This document shows, one piece after another, positions 1-6,841 of a stretch of 20,000 nucleotides of DNA (the stretch's first letter is position 1; every line of letters begins with the position of its first letter). The notes under the pieces were generated by a model that saw only the letters and a program-made list of their open reading frames with translations, had not been told where the DNA came from and did no database searches. This DNA is from an uncultured virus (IMG/VR IMGVR_UViG_3300007759_000001) (Duplodnaviria > Heunggongvirae > Uroviricota > Caudoviricetes): IMG/VR virus record IMGVR_UViG_3300007759_000001. One strand, given 5' to 3'. The translations under genes and the position numbers were made by a program.

Positions 1-176
1 CGTCTGATCTTTACGACGAGGTGGAATGCGGCGCACCACGAACGGCGGTTCATGAGAACGGTTCCGATGGTTGGACTTGCGAAGCGGGTCATCATCATTG
101 GGAATACGGTTCTCCGATGCAGGCAGCCGAAGAAGCCGAAGAGGCTTGGGCAGAACGAGCCGGAATGGCTTGGTGA
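1..176 (+). CDS. 3' part of small hypothetical phage protein (…ECGAPR…WTCEAGHHHWEY…AERAGMAW*)
   Basis: Open frame from nt 3 to TGA 174-176, followed directly by a terminator; Cys/His motif. Confidence 0.7.
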   Translation, partial: SDLYDEVECGAPRTAVHENGSDGWTCEAGHHHWEYGSPMQAAEEAEEAWAERAGMAW

Positions 177-184
177 TCCGATCT

Positions 185-209
185 AGCCCCCCACATCGGG
201 GGGCTTTTT
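185..209 (+). terminator. Rho-independent terminator
   Basis: agcccccc-acatc-ggggggct-tttt followed by cgcgtg. Confidence 0.85.
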
Positions 210-285
210 CGCGTGCGGAGTCGAATAGTCCCGAGTTTCGGTCGGGTTGGCGGGGCTTGCGGTGTCTAAAGGGGTGTAGACGCGA

Positions 286-308
286 GAAAACCCCCGCCGA
301 AGCGGGGG
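286..308 (-). terminator. Rho-independent terminator (UUCG loop)
   Basis: On minus strand cccccgc-ttcg-gcggggg-ttttc followed by cgcgtc. Confidence 0.85.
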
Positions 309-322
309 CGTTCTTCACTCGT

Positions 323-440
323 TAGTGATCGGACAGGGAGTCGAACCCTGCAATACTTGGGCAACACGGTTTCACGCTGTAATACGCCACGCCGTGCAGT
401 TACATTACCCAAGGACACCGTGCCTCATCTTTGGCCGACC
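323..440 (-). ncRNA. tRNA-like ncRNA with enlarged anticodon domain
   Basis: Own promoter (480-452) and terminator, no SD-led ORF; acceptor GGUCGG/CCGAUC+A, canonical T-arm CAGGG-UUCGACU-CCCUG, long stem CUUGGGUAA/UUGCCCAAG enclosing about 40 nt. Confidence 0.65.
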
Positions 441-451
441 TCGTAATACTA

Positions 452-521
452 AGTATAGCACAAGGGTGAGGCAATGTCAAGTCTGATTCGACTTGACAGG
501 GGCTAGTGACTATGCTATAAT
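452..521. promoter_or_regulatory. Divergent sigmaA promoter pair
   Basis: Minus TTGACA(480-475)-17-TATACT(457-452); plus TTGACA(493-498)-17-TATAAT(516-521). Confidence 0.9.
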
Positions 522-547
522 ACTTGTAGTGGGAGAAAGTACCCCGC

Positions 548-566
548 TTAGTTGACAACTAAATAG
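548..566 (+). promoter_or_regulatory. boxA-like leader element GTTGACAACTAAATAG
   Basis: Between 5' hairpin and SD; repeated at 1287(-), 5169(-), 6294, 6936, 7538, 8215, 8847, 9320. Confidence 0.6.
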
Positions 567-579
567 AAGGAGAATCCCA

Positions 580-753
580 ATGGGAATCACAACCGACCTC
601 CGTAGCCGTAACGGGCGACCAGTAGGGACCGGATTCACCGGCCTAGTCCAATGTGACGAATGTAGCGATTACGGCCACATCGACACATTCGATGAGATGG
701 TGGCCGGGGGGTGGTACACAAACATTGCAGGATGCGCCTGCCCCAAGGATTGA
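580..753 (+). CDS. 57-aa Cys-rich putative Zn-binding protein (MGITTDLRS…CDEC…GW…CACPKD)
   Basis: SD AAGGAG, ATG 580, TGA 751-753, terminator 760-785; below ORF-track cutoff. Confidence 0.85.
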   Translation: MGITTDLRSRNGRPVGTGFTGLVQCDECSDYGHIDTFDEMVAGGWYTNIAGCACPKD

Positions 754-759
754 GGATTG

Positions 760-785
760 GCCCCCGGCTTCGGTCGGGGGCTTTT
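760..785 (+). terminator. Rho-independent terminator
   Basis: gcccccggc-ttcg-gtcgggggc-tttt then cgcgtc. Confidence 0.9.
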
Positions 786-802
786 CCGCGTCCGAAGTTG
801 GA

Positions 803-952
803 CTAAAGGCGTCGGCCCCGGCGGTAACCAGTCCCGGCATATGCCTTCATGAGTTCCCGTTCCAGTTCATCAGTCATAACTTGATTATGATAGTAATAAT
901 GGTTAGTTCTTGGCTTTAGAAGATGCTTTACTTTATTGAATAGAGTTTTCAT
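803..952 (-). CDS. 49-aa basic hypothetical protein in AT-rich insert (MKTLFNKVKHLLKPR…RRGRRL)
   Basis: ATG 952, TAG 805-803, purine-rich upstream, TAGAAT at 987-982. Confidence 0.55.
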   Translation of the reverse strand: MKTLFNKVKHLLKPRTNHYYYHNQVMTDELERELMKAYAGTGYRRGRRL

Positions 953-1041
953 TATTCTTTCTTGCTTGTCGGTCAGCCTTTATTCTACCGGATGAACTTG
1001 TGAATCGGTTCACTTGTTCTATGGCAGGCGTCACTAAGCCC

Positions 1042-1055
1042 CGAACATTCGTTCG
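1042..1055. promoter_or_regulatory. LexA (SOS) box
   Basis: CGAAC-ATTC-GTTCG matches the Gram-positive/actinobacterial consensus; lies inside the 31-bp site. Confidence 0.6.
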
Positions 1056-1093
1056 ACCATCGGGACTAAACGGGGGGCGGAACCCTAGACGCG

Positions 1094-1121
1094 AAGAAAC
1101 CCCGACCGATTGGCCGGGGTT
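1094..1121 (-). terminator. Rho-independent terminator
   Basis: aaccccggcc-aatc-ggtcggggtt-tctt then cgcgtc on minus strand. Confidence 0.85.
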
Positions 1122-1132
1122 CCCTCTTGAGA

Positions 1133-1270
1133 TTAGATGAACTCTAGGAGATCACCGTCAGCGATTTCGTCGTATTCGACGCCGTTCGCTTCAGCGATTG
1201 CCTCCCAGAGATCGTCCTCGTCCACTGGGGCTTCCCAGTCTACGAGGTCCATCCAGTTTATGACTGTCAT
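1133..1270 (-). CDS. 45-aa highly acidic protein (MTVINWMDLVDWEAPVDEDDLWEAIAEANGVEYDEIADGDLLEFI)
   Basis: SD AGGAGG, ATG 1270, TAA 1135-1133; own promoter, boxA-like leader and terminator; 15 D/E, no K/R. Confidence 0.9.
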   Translation of the reverse strand: MTVINWMDLVDWEAPVDEDDLWEAIAEANGVEYDEIADGDLLEFI

Positions 1271-1326
1271 GGATTGCCTCCTAAGGCTATTTAGTTGTCA
1301 ATGAAGGGGTTTCCCTCCATGAAGTA

Positions 1327-1395
1327 AGTATAGCACACTAGGATGACATTGTCAAATCCGACTGACTTGACATTGTCTCACGGGTATGCTATACT
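1327..1395. promoter_or_regulatory. Divergent sigmaA promoter pair
   Basis: Minus TTGACA(1355-1350)-17-TATACT(1332-1327); plus TTGACA(1367-1372)-17-TATACT(1390-1395); 11 bp between the -35 boxes. Confidence 0.9.
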
Positions 1396-1483
1396 TATTC
1401 TATCAAGAAGGGATGGCGCAGATGCCCGTAAAGCGCCCCCGCCGCGGCTACGGCCCCAGCGGGGAACGAACGAAGGAGAAGCA

Positions 1484-1639
1484 ATGAAGATCGAACATGA
1501 TCTCATGCTTGTCGAACATAAAGGCACGCTTGCCGAGTTTCAGGCCCAGATGGAAGAACTCCATCGTTGGGCTAGGGGCGAGGGCGAGTGGAACGACGAA
1601 GCATGGGAAGCGTTGGATGAACCGACGCTAAACTACTAG
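1484..1639 (+). CDS. 51-aa acidic hypothetical protein (MKIEHDLMLVEH…)
   Basis: SD AAGGAG before ATG 1484 (the upstream part of the track ORF is translated promoter); terminator 1644-1669. Confidence 0.85.
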   Translation: MKIEHDLMLVEHKGTLAEFQAQMEELHRWARGEGEWNDEAWEALDEPTLNY

Positions 1640-1643
1640 AAGC

Positions 1644-1669
1644 AGCCCCCACTCCGGTGGGGGTTTCTT
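1644..1669 (+). terminator. Rho-independent terminator
   Basis: agcccccac-tccg-gtgggggtt-tctt then cgcgtc. Confidence 0.85.
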
Positions 1670-1737
1670 CGCGTCCCCAATCAGTCCCGAAACTGTCATC
1701 CACTTGCGGGGCTGCGGCGGATGAGATAGAATAAGAC

Positions 1738-1953
1738 ATGGCCCGAGAGAAGTACCGCCCGGAATCAAACTACGAAAACTTGACTAATCCTATTTATTGG
1801 GTAGAATGGGTTGATTCCGAGGGCGAGATTCGTCATTGCCTTCGTTCTTTGATCGGGATTCTCCCCGAAGGCACCAAGATCATCTATCCTCCGTCCCCGC
1901 AAGCCCCGAGGGCGCGAGAAAGCCCCCCACCGAAGCGGGGGGCTGACCACTAG
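1738..1953 (+). CDS. 71-aa hypothetical protein, probably leaderless
   Basis: TTGCGG(1704)-17-TAGAAT(1727-1732), ATG 5 nt downstream; C-terminus runs into the opposing terminator. Confidence 0.5.
   Translation: MAREKYRPESNYENLTNPIYWVEWVDSEGEIRHCLRSLIGILPEGTKIIYPPSPQAPRARESPPPKRGADH
1918..1944 (-). terminator. Rho-independent terminator
   Basis: agccccccgc-ttcg-gtggggggct-ttt on minus strand. Confidence 0.85.
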
Positions 1954-2054
1954 GCCGGATCTGCCGGATCCTCGTAGCCCTCTCCGAAGAGATCCCATTG
2001 TTCGGGATGCTCCGCGTAGAAGTCCTCCGGGTAATCCTCGTAGAAGTCGTCCAT
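1950..2054 (-). CDS. 34-aa acidic-aromatic micropeptide (MDDFYEDYPEDFYAEHPEQWDLFGEGYEDPADPA)
   Basis: SD AAGGAG, ATG 2054, TAG 1952-1950, own promoter, 5' hairpin and terminator. Confidence 0.85.
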   Translation of the reverse strand: MDDFYEDYPEDFYAEHPEQWDLFGEGYEDPADPA

Positions 2055-2103
2055 GATGGCTCCTTGCCGTCGTGTGGGAGGCGGCCCCCTCCCACTAACC
2101 ACA

Positions 2104-2172
2104 AGTATAGCACAGGGCTAGGACAATAGCAAATCGGCCCGACTTGACATTGTCGTAAGGGTGTGGTATACT
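2104..2172. promoter_or_regulatory. Divergent sigmaA promoter pair
   Basis: Minus TTGCTA(2132-2127)-17-TATACT(2109-2104); plus TTGACA(2144-2149)-17-TATACT(2167-2172). Confidence 0.85.
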
Positions 2173-2177
2173 TATTG

Positions 2178-2309
2178 TGTTGAGTGAAAGCAGCGGAAAG
2201 ACCGCCGGGGACGCGAAACCCCGCACGGGCAGCACAAAGAAATGACCGACCGGCCCGCAGCAAAAAGTCTCCACCAATGGGTTATCCCGACAGGTGGGGG
2301 CTTTTTTTT
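2178..2309 (+). ncRNA. About 130-nt multi-hairpin small RNA
   Basis: Promoter-to-terminator unit with no SD-led ORF; hairpins gcgg/ccgc, cgggg/ccccg, cgggc/gcccg; terminator with U8 at 2265-2309. Confidence 0.6.
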
Positions 2310-2387
2310 GTCCCTCGTTACGTCCCGGCGGGCTGCGCCCCCTTCGGGACTCGCGCAGGTGCGCGGCTGCGCCCGCATAACGCCGAC

Positions 2388-2416
2388 TTGACACTGTCAT
2401 GCTGGTGTGCTAGAAT
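2388..2416 (+). promoter_or_regulatory. sigmaA promoter
   Basis: TTGACA-17-TAGAAT with TGTCAT in the spacer. Confidence 0.85.
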
Positions 2417-2442
2417 ACTGGTATCACGAAGGAGGTGATTTT

Positions 2443-2577
2443 ATGAGTTACATCCCTTGTGGCTGGCACGAACCCAGCGCCACTCAAATGAAGTGGCTGA
2501 AGGAAGAGCAGCGACGGCGCAACGCCGAAGCGGCTGCCGACTTCGCACGCGAGGTGGAAGAGGCTGATTTAGCCTAA
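2443..2577 (+). CDS. 44-aa hypothetical protein (MSYIPCGWHEPSATQMKWLKEEQRRR…)
   Basis: SD AAGGAGGTG, ATG 2443, TAA 2575-2577, terminator 2587-2612 then cgcgtc. Confidence 0.85.
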   Translation: MSYIPCGWHEPSATQMKWLKEEQRRRNAEAAADFAREVEEADLA

Positions 2578-2673
2578 CCCACCACCGCCCCCCCCGCAAG
2601 GGGGGGCTTTTTCGCGTCTACACCCGCCCGAACCCCCGCGCCAGCCCCGAGGGCTGCGGCCCTATTCGGGACT

Positions 2674-2755
2674 CGCGCGCCCACGCGTGCGTGCGCGCCC
2701 ACGCGTGCGTGCGCCTGCGTGCGTGACTTGCCCCTGACTTGCCCCTGACTTGACA
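2674..2755. repeat. Short tandem repeats and alternating purine-pyrimidine tract upstream of a promoter
   Basis: gcgcccacgcgtgcgtgc x2 and tgacttgcccc x2 leading into TTGACA 2750. Confidence 0.7.
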
Positions 2756-2820
2756 CCGTCACAAGCGTCTGGTAAAGTATTGCTCGTCGGGGATCGTCCC
2801 CGATAATCCAAGGAGGCGTT

Positions 2821-3126
2821 ATGTATTTCAAAAATGCTCCTATCGTGGATTCTTGCTGGTACTGCGGGTGCGATTTGTACCTGCGTTACTCCTCGCACAT
2901 TGAGGGTAGCAAGATCACGGGTAGGAAGTTTTACGGCCTAGTGGACCGTCATGGTCACGGTACCTGCTCCGTTTCACGGCCTTTCGCTCCAAACTGCAAG
3001 TGGCAGGACCACGAACCCATCATGGGTCGCGTGGGTGAACCCTTCGATTCGGATCGCGTGGATCGCTGCGTGACCGTGAAGGGCAGGACGCTCCTAGACA
3101 GAGCGAATCGCTACGTCGTAGCGTAA
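2821..3126 (+). CDS. 101-aa Cys/His-rich hypothetical protein
   Basis: Promoter TTGACA(2750)-17-TAAAGT, SD AAGGAGG, CWYC motif, terminator 3132-3157. Confidence 0.85.
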   Translation: MYFKNAPIVDSCWYCGCDLYLRYSSHIEGSKITGRKFYGLVDRHGHGTCSVSRPFAPNCKWQDHEPIMGRVGEPFDSDRVDRCVTVKGRTLLDRANRYVVA

Positions 3127-3131
3127 TCTTG

Positions 3132-3157
3132 GAAACCCCCCGAAAGGGGGGTTTCTT
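3132..3157. terminator. Terminator between convergent genes
   Basis: gaaacccccc-gaaa-ggggggtttc-tt then cgcgtc. Confidence 0.85.
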
Positions 3158-3168
3158 CGCGTCTGGGG

Positions 3169-3921
3169 TCAAACGGATTTAGGGCCATTCTGACCCCCCC
3201 CACCGTAGGTGTAGGTCACTTTGGGGGCTGGGACGGGCTTGGGGGGGCTGTACAAGGCTGTGACGGCATTCCACGCAACAGGTGTGACCCTTGTTTTCGA
3301 TGCGAGTTCCGCAAATCCATCCAACGACATGTCTGCGCCACCGTAAACAACAATGTTTCGGTGCTCATTTCGGGGATAACCGTACGGCAAACGTACCCCG
3401 TTGCCTAGTCCTTGCCCTGTTAGCACCAACTGTTTCGGGTTGACCTCCACTGTCGGTGCATCAACTACGTTGCATGCACCGATCAGTCCTTCTCGTACTT
3501 TGCGCGCCGGGAGTGGTTCCTCAAAAAATACCCACAGGTGGTAGCCTTTGGATCGGGAGCGTTCTATCCATGAAGTTACTTGAAGTTGTTGTAGTACAGT
3601 CTGGAGGTTGACGGCGTGGGCTAGTGAGGCTTCTTCGCCTTCGTCAAAGTCTACGCACCCCCATTGGGTGACGTAGACGGCTGCGTCGTCTTCGGTGTTG
3701 TGTCGTGTCAACGGGTAAACACCGATGTTGGGTTTGTCTGCGTTGGTGAGGTGGTCTTCAACAGCCGTTGTGTAGCCTGCTCCTGTTGCTTTGTGCCATC
3801 CTCCGGCAGGGTTTTCCCATGGGCGAAACCCTTTATTGTCCGTGGGGTCGTCGGTGGCGATGTGTCCGCCTGCGAATAGGGCGGCGAACAGGTTTATTGT
3901 GTGGCGTGAGACATCTTCCAT
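3169..3921 (-). CDS. Archaeo-eukaryotic primase (AEP) superfamily primase/polymerase domain, possibly C-terminally truncated
   Basis: Motifs IGVYPL, WGCVDFD (DxD), ERSRSKGYHLWVFF (SxxGxH), EVNPKQ, GNGVRLP. Confidence 0.8.
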   Translation of the reverse strand: MEDVSRHTINLFAALFAGGHIATDDPTDNKGFRPWENPAGGWHKATGAGYTTAVEDHLTNADKPNIGVYPLTRHNTEDDAAVYVTQWGCVDFDEGEEASLAHAVNLQTVLQQLQVTSWIERSRSKGYHLWVFFEEPLPARKVREGLIGACNVVDAPTVEVNPKQLVLTGQGLGNGVRLPYGYPRNEHRNIVVYGGADMSLDGFAELASKTRVTPVAWNAVTALYSPPKPVPAPKVTYTYGGGGQNGPKSV

Positions 3922-4094
3922 TGTTTCCTCTCCATCCCAGATGCTCTGTCGAAGTATTGGACGAGTTGCCCTGCTTCGATGATGTCTTTATTTGTTGTGA
4001 TTTGGTCGGAGCCGTGCAGGTAGTGTAGTGCTTGGGCGATGAGGCGTGTTTCGTCGGGGGACAGTATCGCTGTCGTGTATTCAGTCGTAGTCAT
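3894..4094 (-). CDS. 66-aa hypothetical protein
   Basis: Overlaps both neighbours in the minus-strand operon. Confidence 0.65.
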   Translation of the reverse strand: MTTTEYTTAILSPDETRLIAQALHYLHGSDQITTNKDIIEAGQLVQYFDRASGMERKQWKMSHATQ

Positions 4095-4218
4095 CGATGA
4101 GTCTTTCTAGCAGGTCGATGGCTTCGATGGCGAGTTTGACGTTGTTGTCGTCGTTGCCTAGTCGCCGTAAGGCTCTCAGTATGAGCCATCGTTCACGGTT
4201 TTCTACTTCAAGCATCAT
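4081..4218 (-). CDS. 45-aa helical hypothetical protein (MMLEVENRERWLILRALRRLG…LIDDYD)
   Basis: ATG 4218, TGA 4083-4081, overlaps the start of the next gene. Confidence 0.6.
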   Translation of the reverse strand: MMLEVENRERWLILRALRRLGNDDNNVKLAIEAIDLLERLIDDYD

Positions 4219-4380
4219 TTGTGGTACAACCGTTTCTTATAAGGAAGAGGTGCAAAGAAACTCCAGTTATTTTGTAGGTCGATAAGTATTCGACTAACGG
4301 TCATCGTCGGGCTCGGCTCACGCGACTGATCGCTTTGGCGCAGTCGTCGCCCATGGCCCACAGAGGCGCTAATACGGGGT

Positions 4381-4821
4381 TTAGGGGCCAAGATAGTTCT
4401 CTTCATTCACTATGGATTCGCACTGGCACTCATCATGACACGGGTAACCCAACGCGTGAATATGAAGTTGCGCCGTCCCTATCACCGCTTTCACACTCTT
4501 CGTCATCTGTCGATAAAGAAGTTCAGGATCATCACCACGCATCAGATCAAACGGCCCCATCATCACAGCGAACTCCGCCTGCTCCAATCTGTTGTCCGAA
4601 TCCACGATTGCCATGTGTAGCCCCGCATGGGCGCACAACATGCGGGACGAAGGGAGATGTTCTTCATCACAGTCAGCCCAAAGTTGATAAGTATCTAAAC
4701 GATAAGAGAACTGATAATAGTTTTCTACTTCAACTTGTTCCGACAACATTTGGTTGAACGAGATGAACTTGCCAAAGAGTTTGCGCGCCTTCTCGTAACT
4801 GATCGCCATGAAGGACATCAT
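4381..4821 (-). CDS. Hypothetical protein of about 146 aa (possibly leaderless from ATG 4809)
   Basis: Long ORF with protein-like composition; TATGAT -10-like box shortly before MAISY. Confidence 0.75.
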   Translation of the reverse strand: MMSFMAISYEKARKLFGKFISFNQMLSEQVEVENYYQFSYRLDTYQLWADCDEEHLPSSRMLCAHAGLHMAIVDSDNRLEQAEFAVMMGPFDLMRGDDPELLYRQMTKSVKAVIGTAQLHIHALGYPCHDECQCESIVNEENYLGP

Positions 4822-4903
4822 AAGCCCCGCAGTCTGTTGAGTAGTGGACCTCCTTGAAGAAGCGGGGCTAAAGGGGTGGAGGGGAGGCTTTCGCCCCCCC
4901 CTC

Positions 4904-4917
4904 CGAACACCTGTTCG
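4904..4917. promoter_or_regulatory. LexA (SOS) box
   Basis: CGAAC-ACCT-GTTCG, upstream of the minus-strand primase block. Confidence 0.65.
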
Positions 4918-4918
4918 A

Positions 4919-5158
4919 TCAGACGATCACTTCCGTCTGAACGATGTGGCCCTCGTTCTCAAGATAGGTGTAAATCCACTCCCTGACCGCTGTGTCAGTC
5001 ACCTCAGGGTGACCACACGCTGTCACCTCCGCTTCGACTCGCCCTACCAGCGCCTCCGCAGTGACTGCGTGGGTGAAGGACAGGACGATCTCCAGTTGGC
5101 GCTGGAGGGACGCTAGGACCATCCTGTCGCCCTCATGGGTGTACATGCTGAACTGCAT
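4919..5158 (-). CDS. 79-aa hypothetical protein (MQFSMYTHEGDRMV…)
   Basis: SD GAGGAG, boxA-like leader, own promoter; hairpin 4878-4904 downstream. Confidence 0.85.
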   Translation of the reverse strand: MQFSMYTHEGDRMVLASLQRQLEIVLSFTHAVTAEALVGRVEAEVTACGHPEVTDTAVREWIYTYLENEGHIVQTEVIV

Positions 5159-5207
5159 GTTGTCTCCTCTTGTTGTCAACAAGTGGGGCGCTTCCCCACT
5201 AAGAAAC

Positions 5208-5276
5208 AGTATAGCACACTGGTATGACAGTGTCAAATCGGGCTGACTTGACAATGTCACACAGGGGTGCTATAAT
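5208..5276. promoter_or_regulatory. Divergent sigmaA promoter pair
   Basis: Minus TTGACA(5236-5231)-17-TATACT(5213-5208); plus TTGACA(5248-5253)-17-TATAAT(5271-5276). Confidence 0.9.
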
Positions 5277-5282
5277 ACCTAC

Positions 5283-5498
5283 ATGGCAACGAAGCAGAAC
5301 ACCGACGCAGTCGCAGCGATGTTCGCAACCCTCGCCACGCTTGGAGGCAATCACGCCTACCGGGCAGCGAAAGCGACCTACCGTCGCACTTGGGGAGCGG
5401 AGCGGGCACGCAAGGCGCAAGTACGGGCCGTGGAAGCGGAACGGGCGAGGCGCTACGCAGCGCTTGGCATCACGCCACGCGACATCTTCACTGACTGA
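5283..5498 (+). CDS. 71-aa Ala/Arg-rich protein, leaderless
   Basis: ATG 6 nt downstream of TATAAT, no SD. Confidence 0.8.
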   Translation: MATKQNTDAVAAMFATLATLGGNHAYRAAKATYRRTWGAERARKAQVRAVEAERARRYAALGITPRDIFTD

Positions 5499-5542
5499 GA
5501 ATCGGCCCTGACCGGGGGTGGCAACAGAACCGGTCGAAACAC

Positions 5543-5610
5543 CTTCCAGTCATGTAGAGGAGTGGGCAACGCCAGTATGGGTTGTAGGAGTTCGATTCTC
5601 CGCTGGAGGA
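5543..5610 (+). ncRNA. Degenerate tRNA-like element (acceptor stem plus T-arm)
   Basis: CUUCCAG/CUGGAGG+A; GGAG-UUCGAUU-CUCC; no canonical D or anticodon arm. Confidence 0.5.
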
Positions 5611-5645
5611 CTTGACAGTGTCGCACCTATGTGCTATACTATTAC

Positions 5646-5931
5646 TAACAGATCGAAGCCCTGCCAATAGGCAGGCGAATCGGAGGGGGACATAGCCTGA
5701 GTCGCGCTCAAGGCGAGTCCGTGACAGGATGGTATCTGTCACTCAGTCACCACGGCTGAGTAAAGCGGCTCTCCCCCAATGTCTAAGTGCTGGCGAATAC
5801 CACGCCAGCCGAGAACCGGCCAGCAACCCTGAAATGGCGTTGTTGCGAAGAACCGGCGCATTCGCGGAAGCGGTGATCCAGAGATGGACGCCGACTAGCC
5901 CCCGAGCCAGATCCCCCGAAAGGGGGTTTCT
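5646..5931 (+). ncRNA. About 285-nt highly structured ncRNA
   Basis: Promoter TTGACA(5612)-17-TATACT(5635); at least 7 hairpins; terminator 5911-5931 then cgcgtc; no SD-led ORF. Confidence 0.65.
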
Positions 5932-6020
5932 GCGCGTCTAGCCCCGCTTTTTGTTGCGACTTCCGGGGCGGACTGAGGGGGGACGCGAAAGAGGGGAGCC
6001 TTTCGGCTCCCCCCGTTTCT

Positions 6021-6146
6021 TTAGACTCTTGGGTCCGTAGACCAGTGGTAATCTTCGGCCAGTATGGCATCGCATCTATGGCAACCGCCGTCGCATTCGC
6101 ACCCTTCTTCCATGTAGGGCGCTTCTAGCCAAGCGTCGTAGTCCAT
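6021..6146 (-). CDS. 41-aa acidic Cys-cluster peptide (MDYDAWLEAPYMEEGCECDGGCHRCD…)
   Basis: SD AGGAG, own promoter, terminator 5988-6020. Confidence 0.85.
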   Translation of the reverse strand: MDYDAWLEAPYMEEGCECDGGCHRCDAILAEDYHWSTDPRV

Positions 6147-6193
6147 CGTGTCTCCTAAGTTGTAGTTGTCGTGGCCGGTAGCCACTGAGAATA

Positions 6194-6264
6194 AGTATAG
6201 CACATGGGTATGACACTGTCAAACCGGCCCCCGACTTGACACTGTCACACTGGTATGCTATACT
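6194..6264. promoter_or_regulatory. Divergent sigmaA promoter pair
   Basis: Minus TTGACA(6222-6217)-17-TATACT; plus TTGACA(6236-6241)-17-TATACT(6259-6264). Confidence 0.9.
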
Positions 6265-6319
6265 TGTTTCTAGTGGGAGCAACTGCTACCCACGTTGACA
6301 ACTAAATAGGAGACAGAGG

Positions 6320-6535
6320 ATGCACATCCCAATGTGTACCATCCAGCACCCCACCACAAGCGGTGCCCGTCTGATCACCCTCTGGGTGAACGGCGACGCA
6401 GCGATCCTGTGGGGCGACACGGAGTACCGTTACGAGAATCTCAACGCTTTCGCAGCGATGGCGACTTTCACGGTCACGAAGTCGATGGGCCAACTGGCTA
6501 ACTACATCAAGCGCAACAGCGACTTGGTGGGCTGA
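6320..6535 (+). CDS. 71-aa hypothetical protein
   Basis: Hairpin, boxA-like element and SD in leader; terminator 6540-6570 then cgcgtc. Confidence 0.85.
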   Translation: MHIPMCTIQHPTTSGARLITLWVNGDAAILWGDTEYRYENLNAFAAMATFTVTKSMGQLANYIKRNSDLVG

Positions 6536-6665
6536 GCGAAAGGGGAGGGGCGAAAGCCTCTCCCCTTCGTCGCGTCTAGAGCCAAGTCAATCAGCCCCGC
6601 CCCCCCAACTGCCTGCGGGGCGCACCCGGACGCGGGAAAACCCCCCTTTCGGGGGGTTCACCGGC

Positions 6666-6785
6666 TTACTCCTCAGAGTAAGTCCCCGCGTAGGGCGACG
6701 GATCGTCGTCCCAACGGCTGGGGTCCGGCCCGTACCACTCAGCCGCGAGGGCTTCGTAGTCCAGTTCGTCTCCTGCTGGATTCAT
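6666..6785 (-). CDS. 39-aa acidic micropeptide (MNPAGDELDYEALAAEWYGPDPSRWDDDPSPYAGTYSEE)
   Basis: SD AAGGAGGTG, ATG 6785, TAA 6668-6666, terminator 6636-6659. Confidence 0.9.
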   Translation of the reverse strand: MNPAGDELDYEALAAEWYGPDPSRWDDDPSPYAGTYSEE

Positions 6786-6841
6786 GTCTCACCTCCTTGG
6801 GTGAATCAGTGGGGCACTTTCTGGCCCCTCCAACAACAATA

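Noticed and set aside
1405..1470. Riboswitch or ribozyme in the leader of ORF 1484
   Set aside because: Two GC hairpins are visible but match no consensus I can support
6294..6309. Leader TTGACA as a second -35 promoter
   Set aside because: No -10 hexamer 16-18 bp downstream in the copies checked; that position falls on the start-codon region
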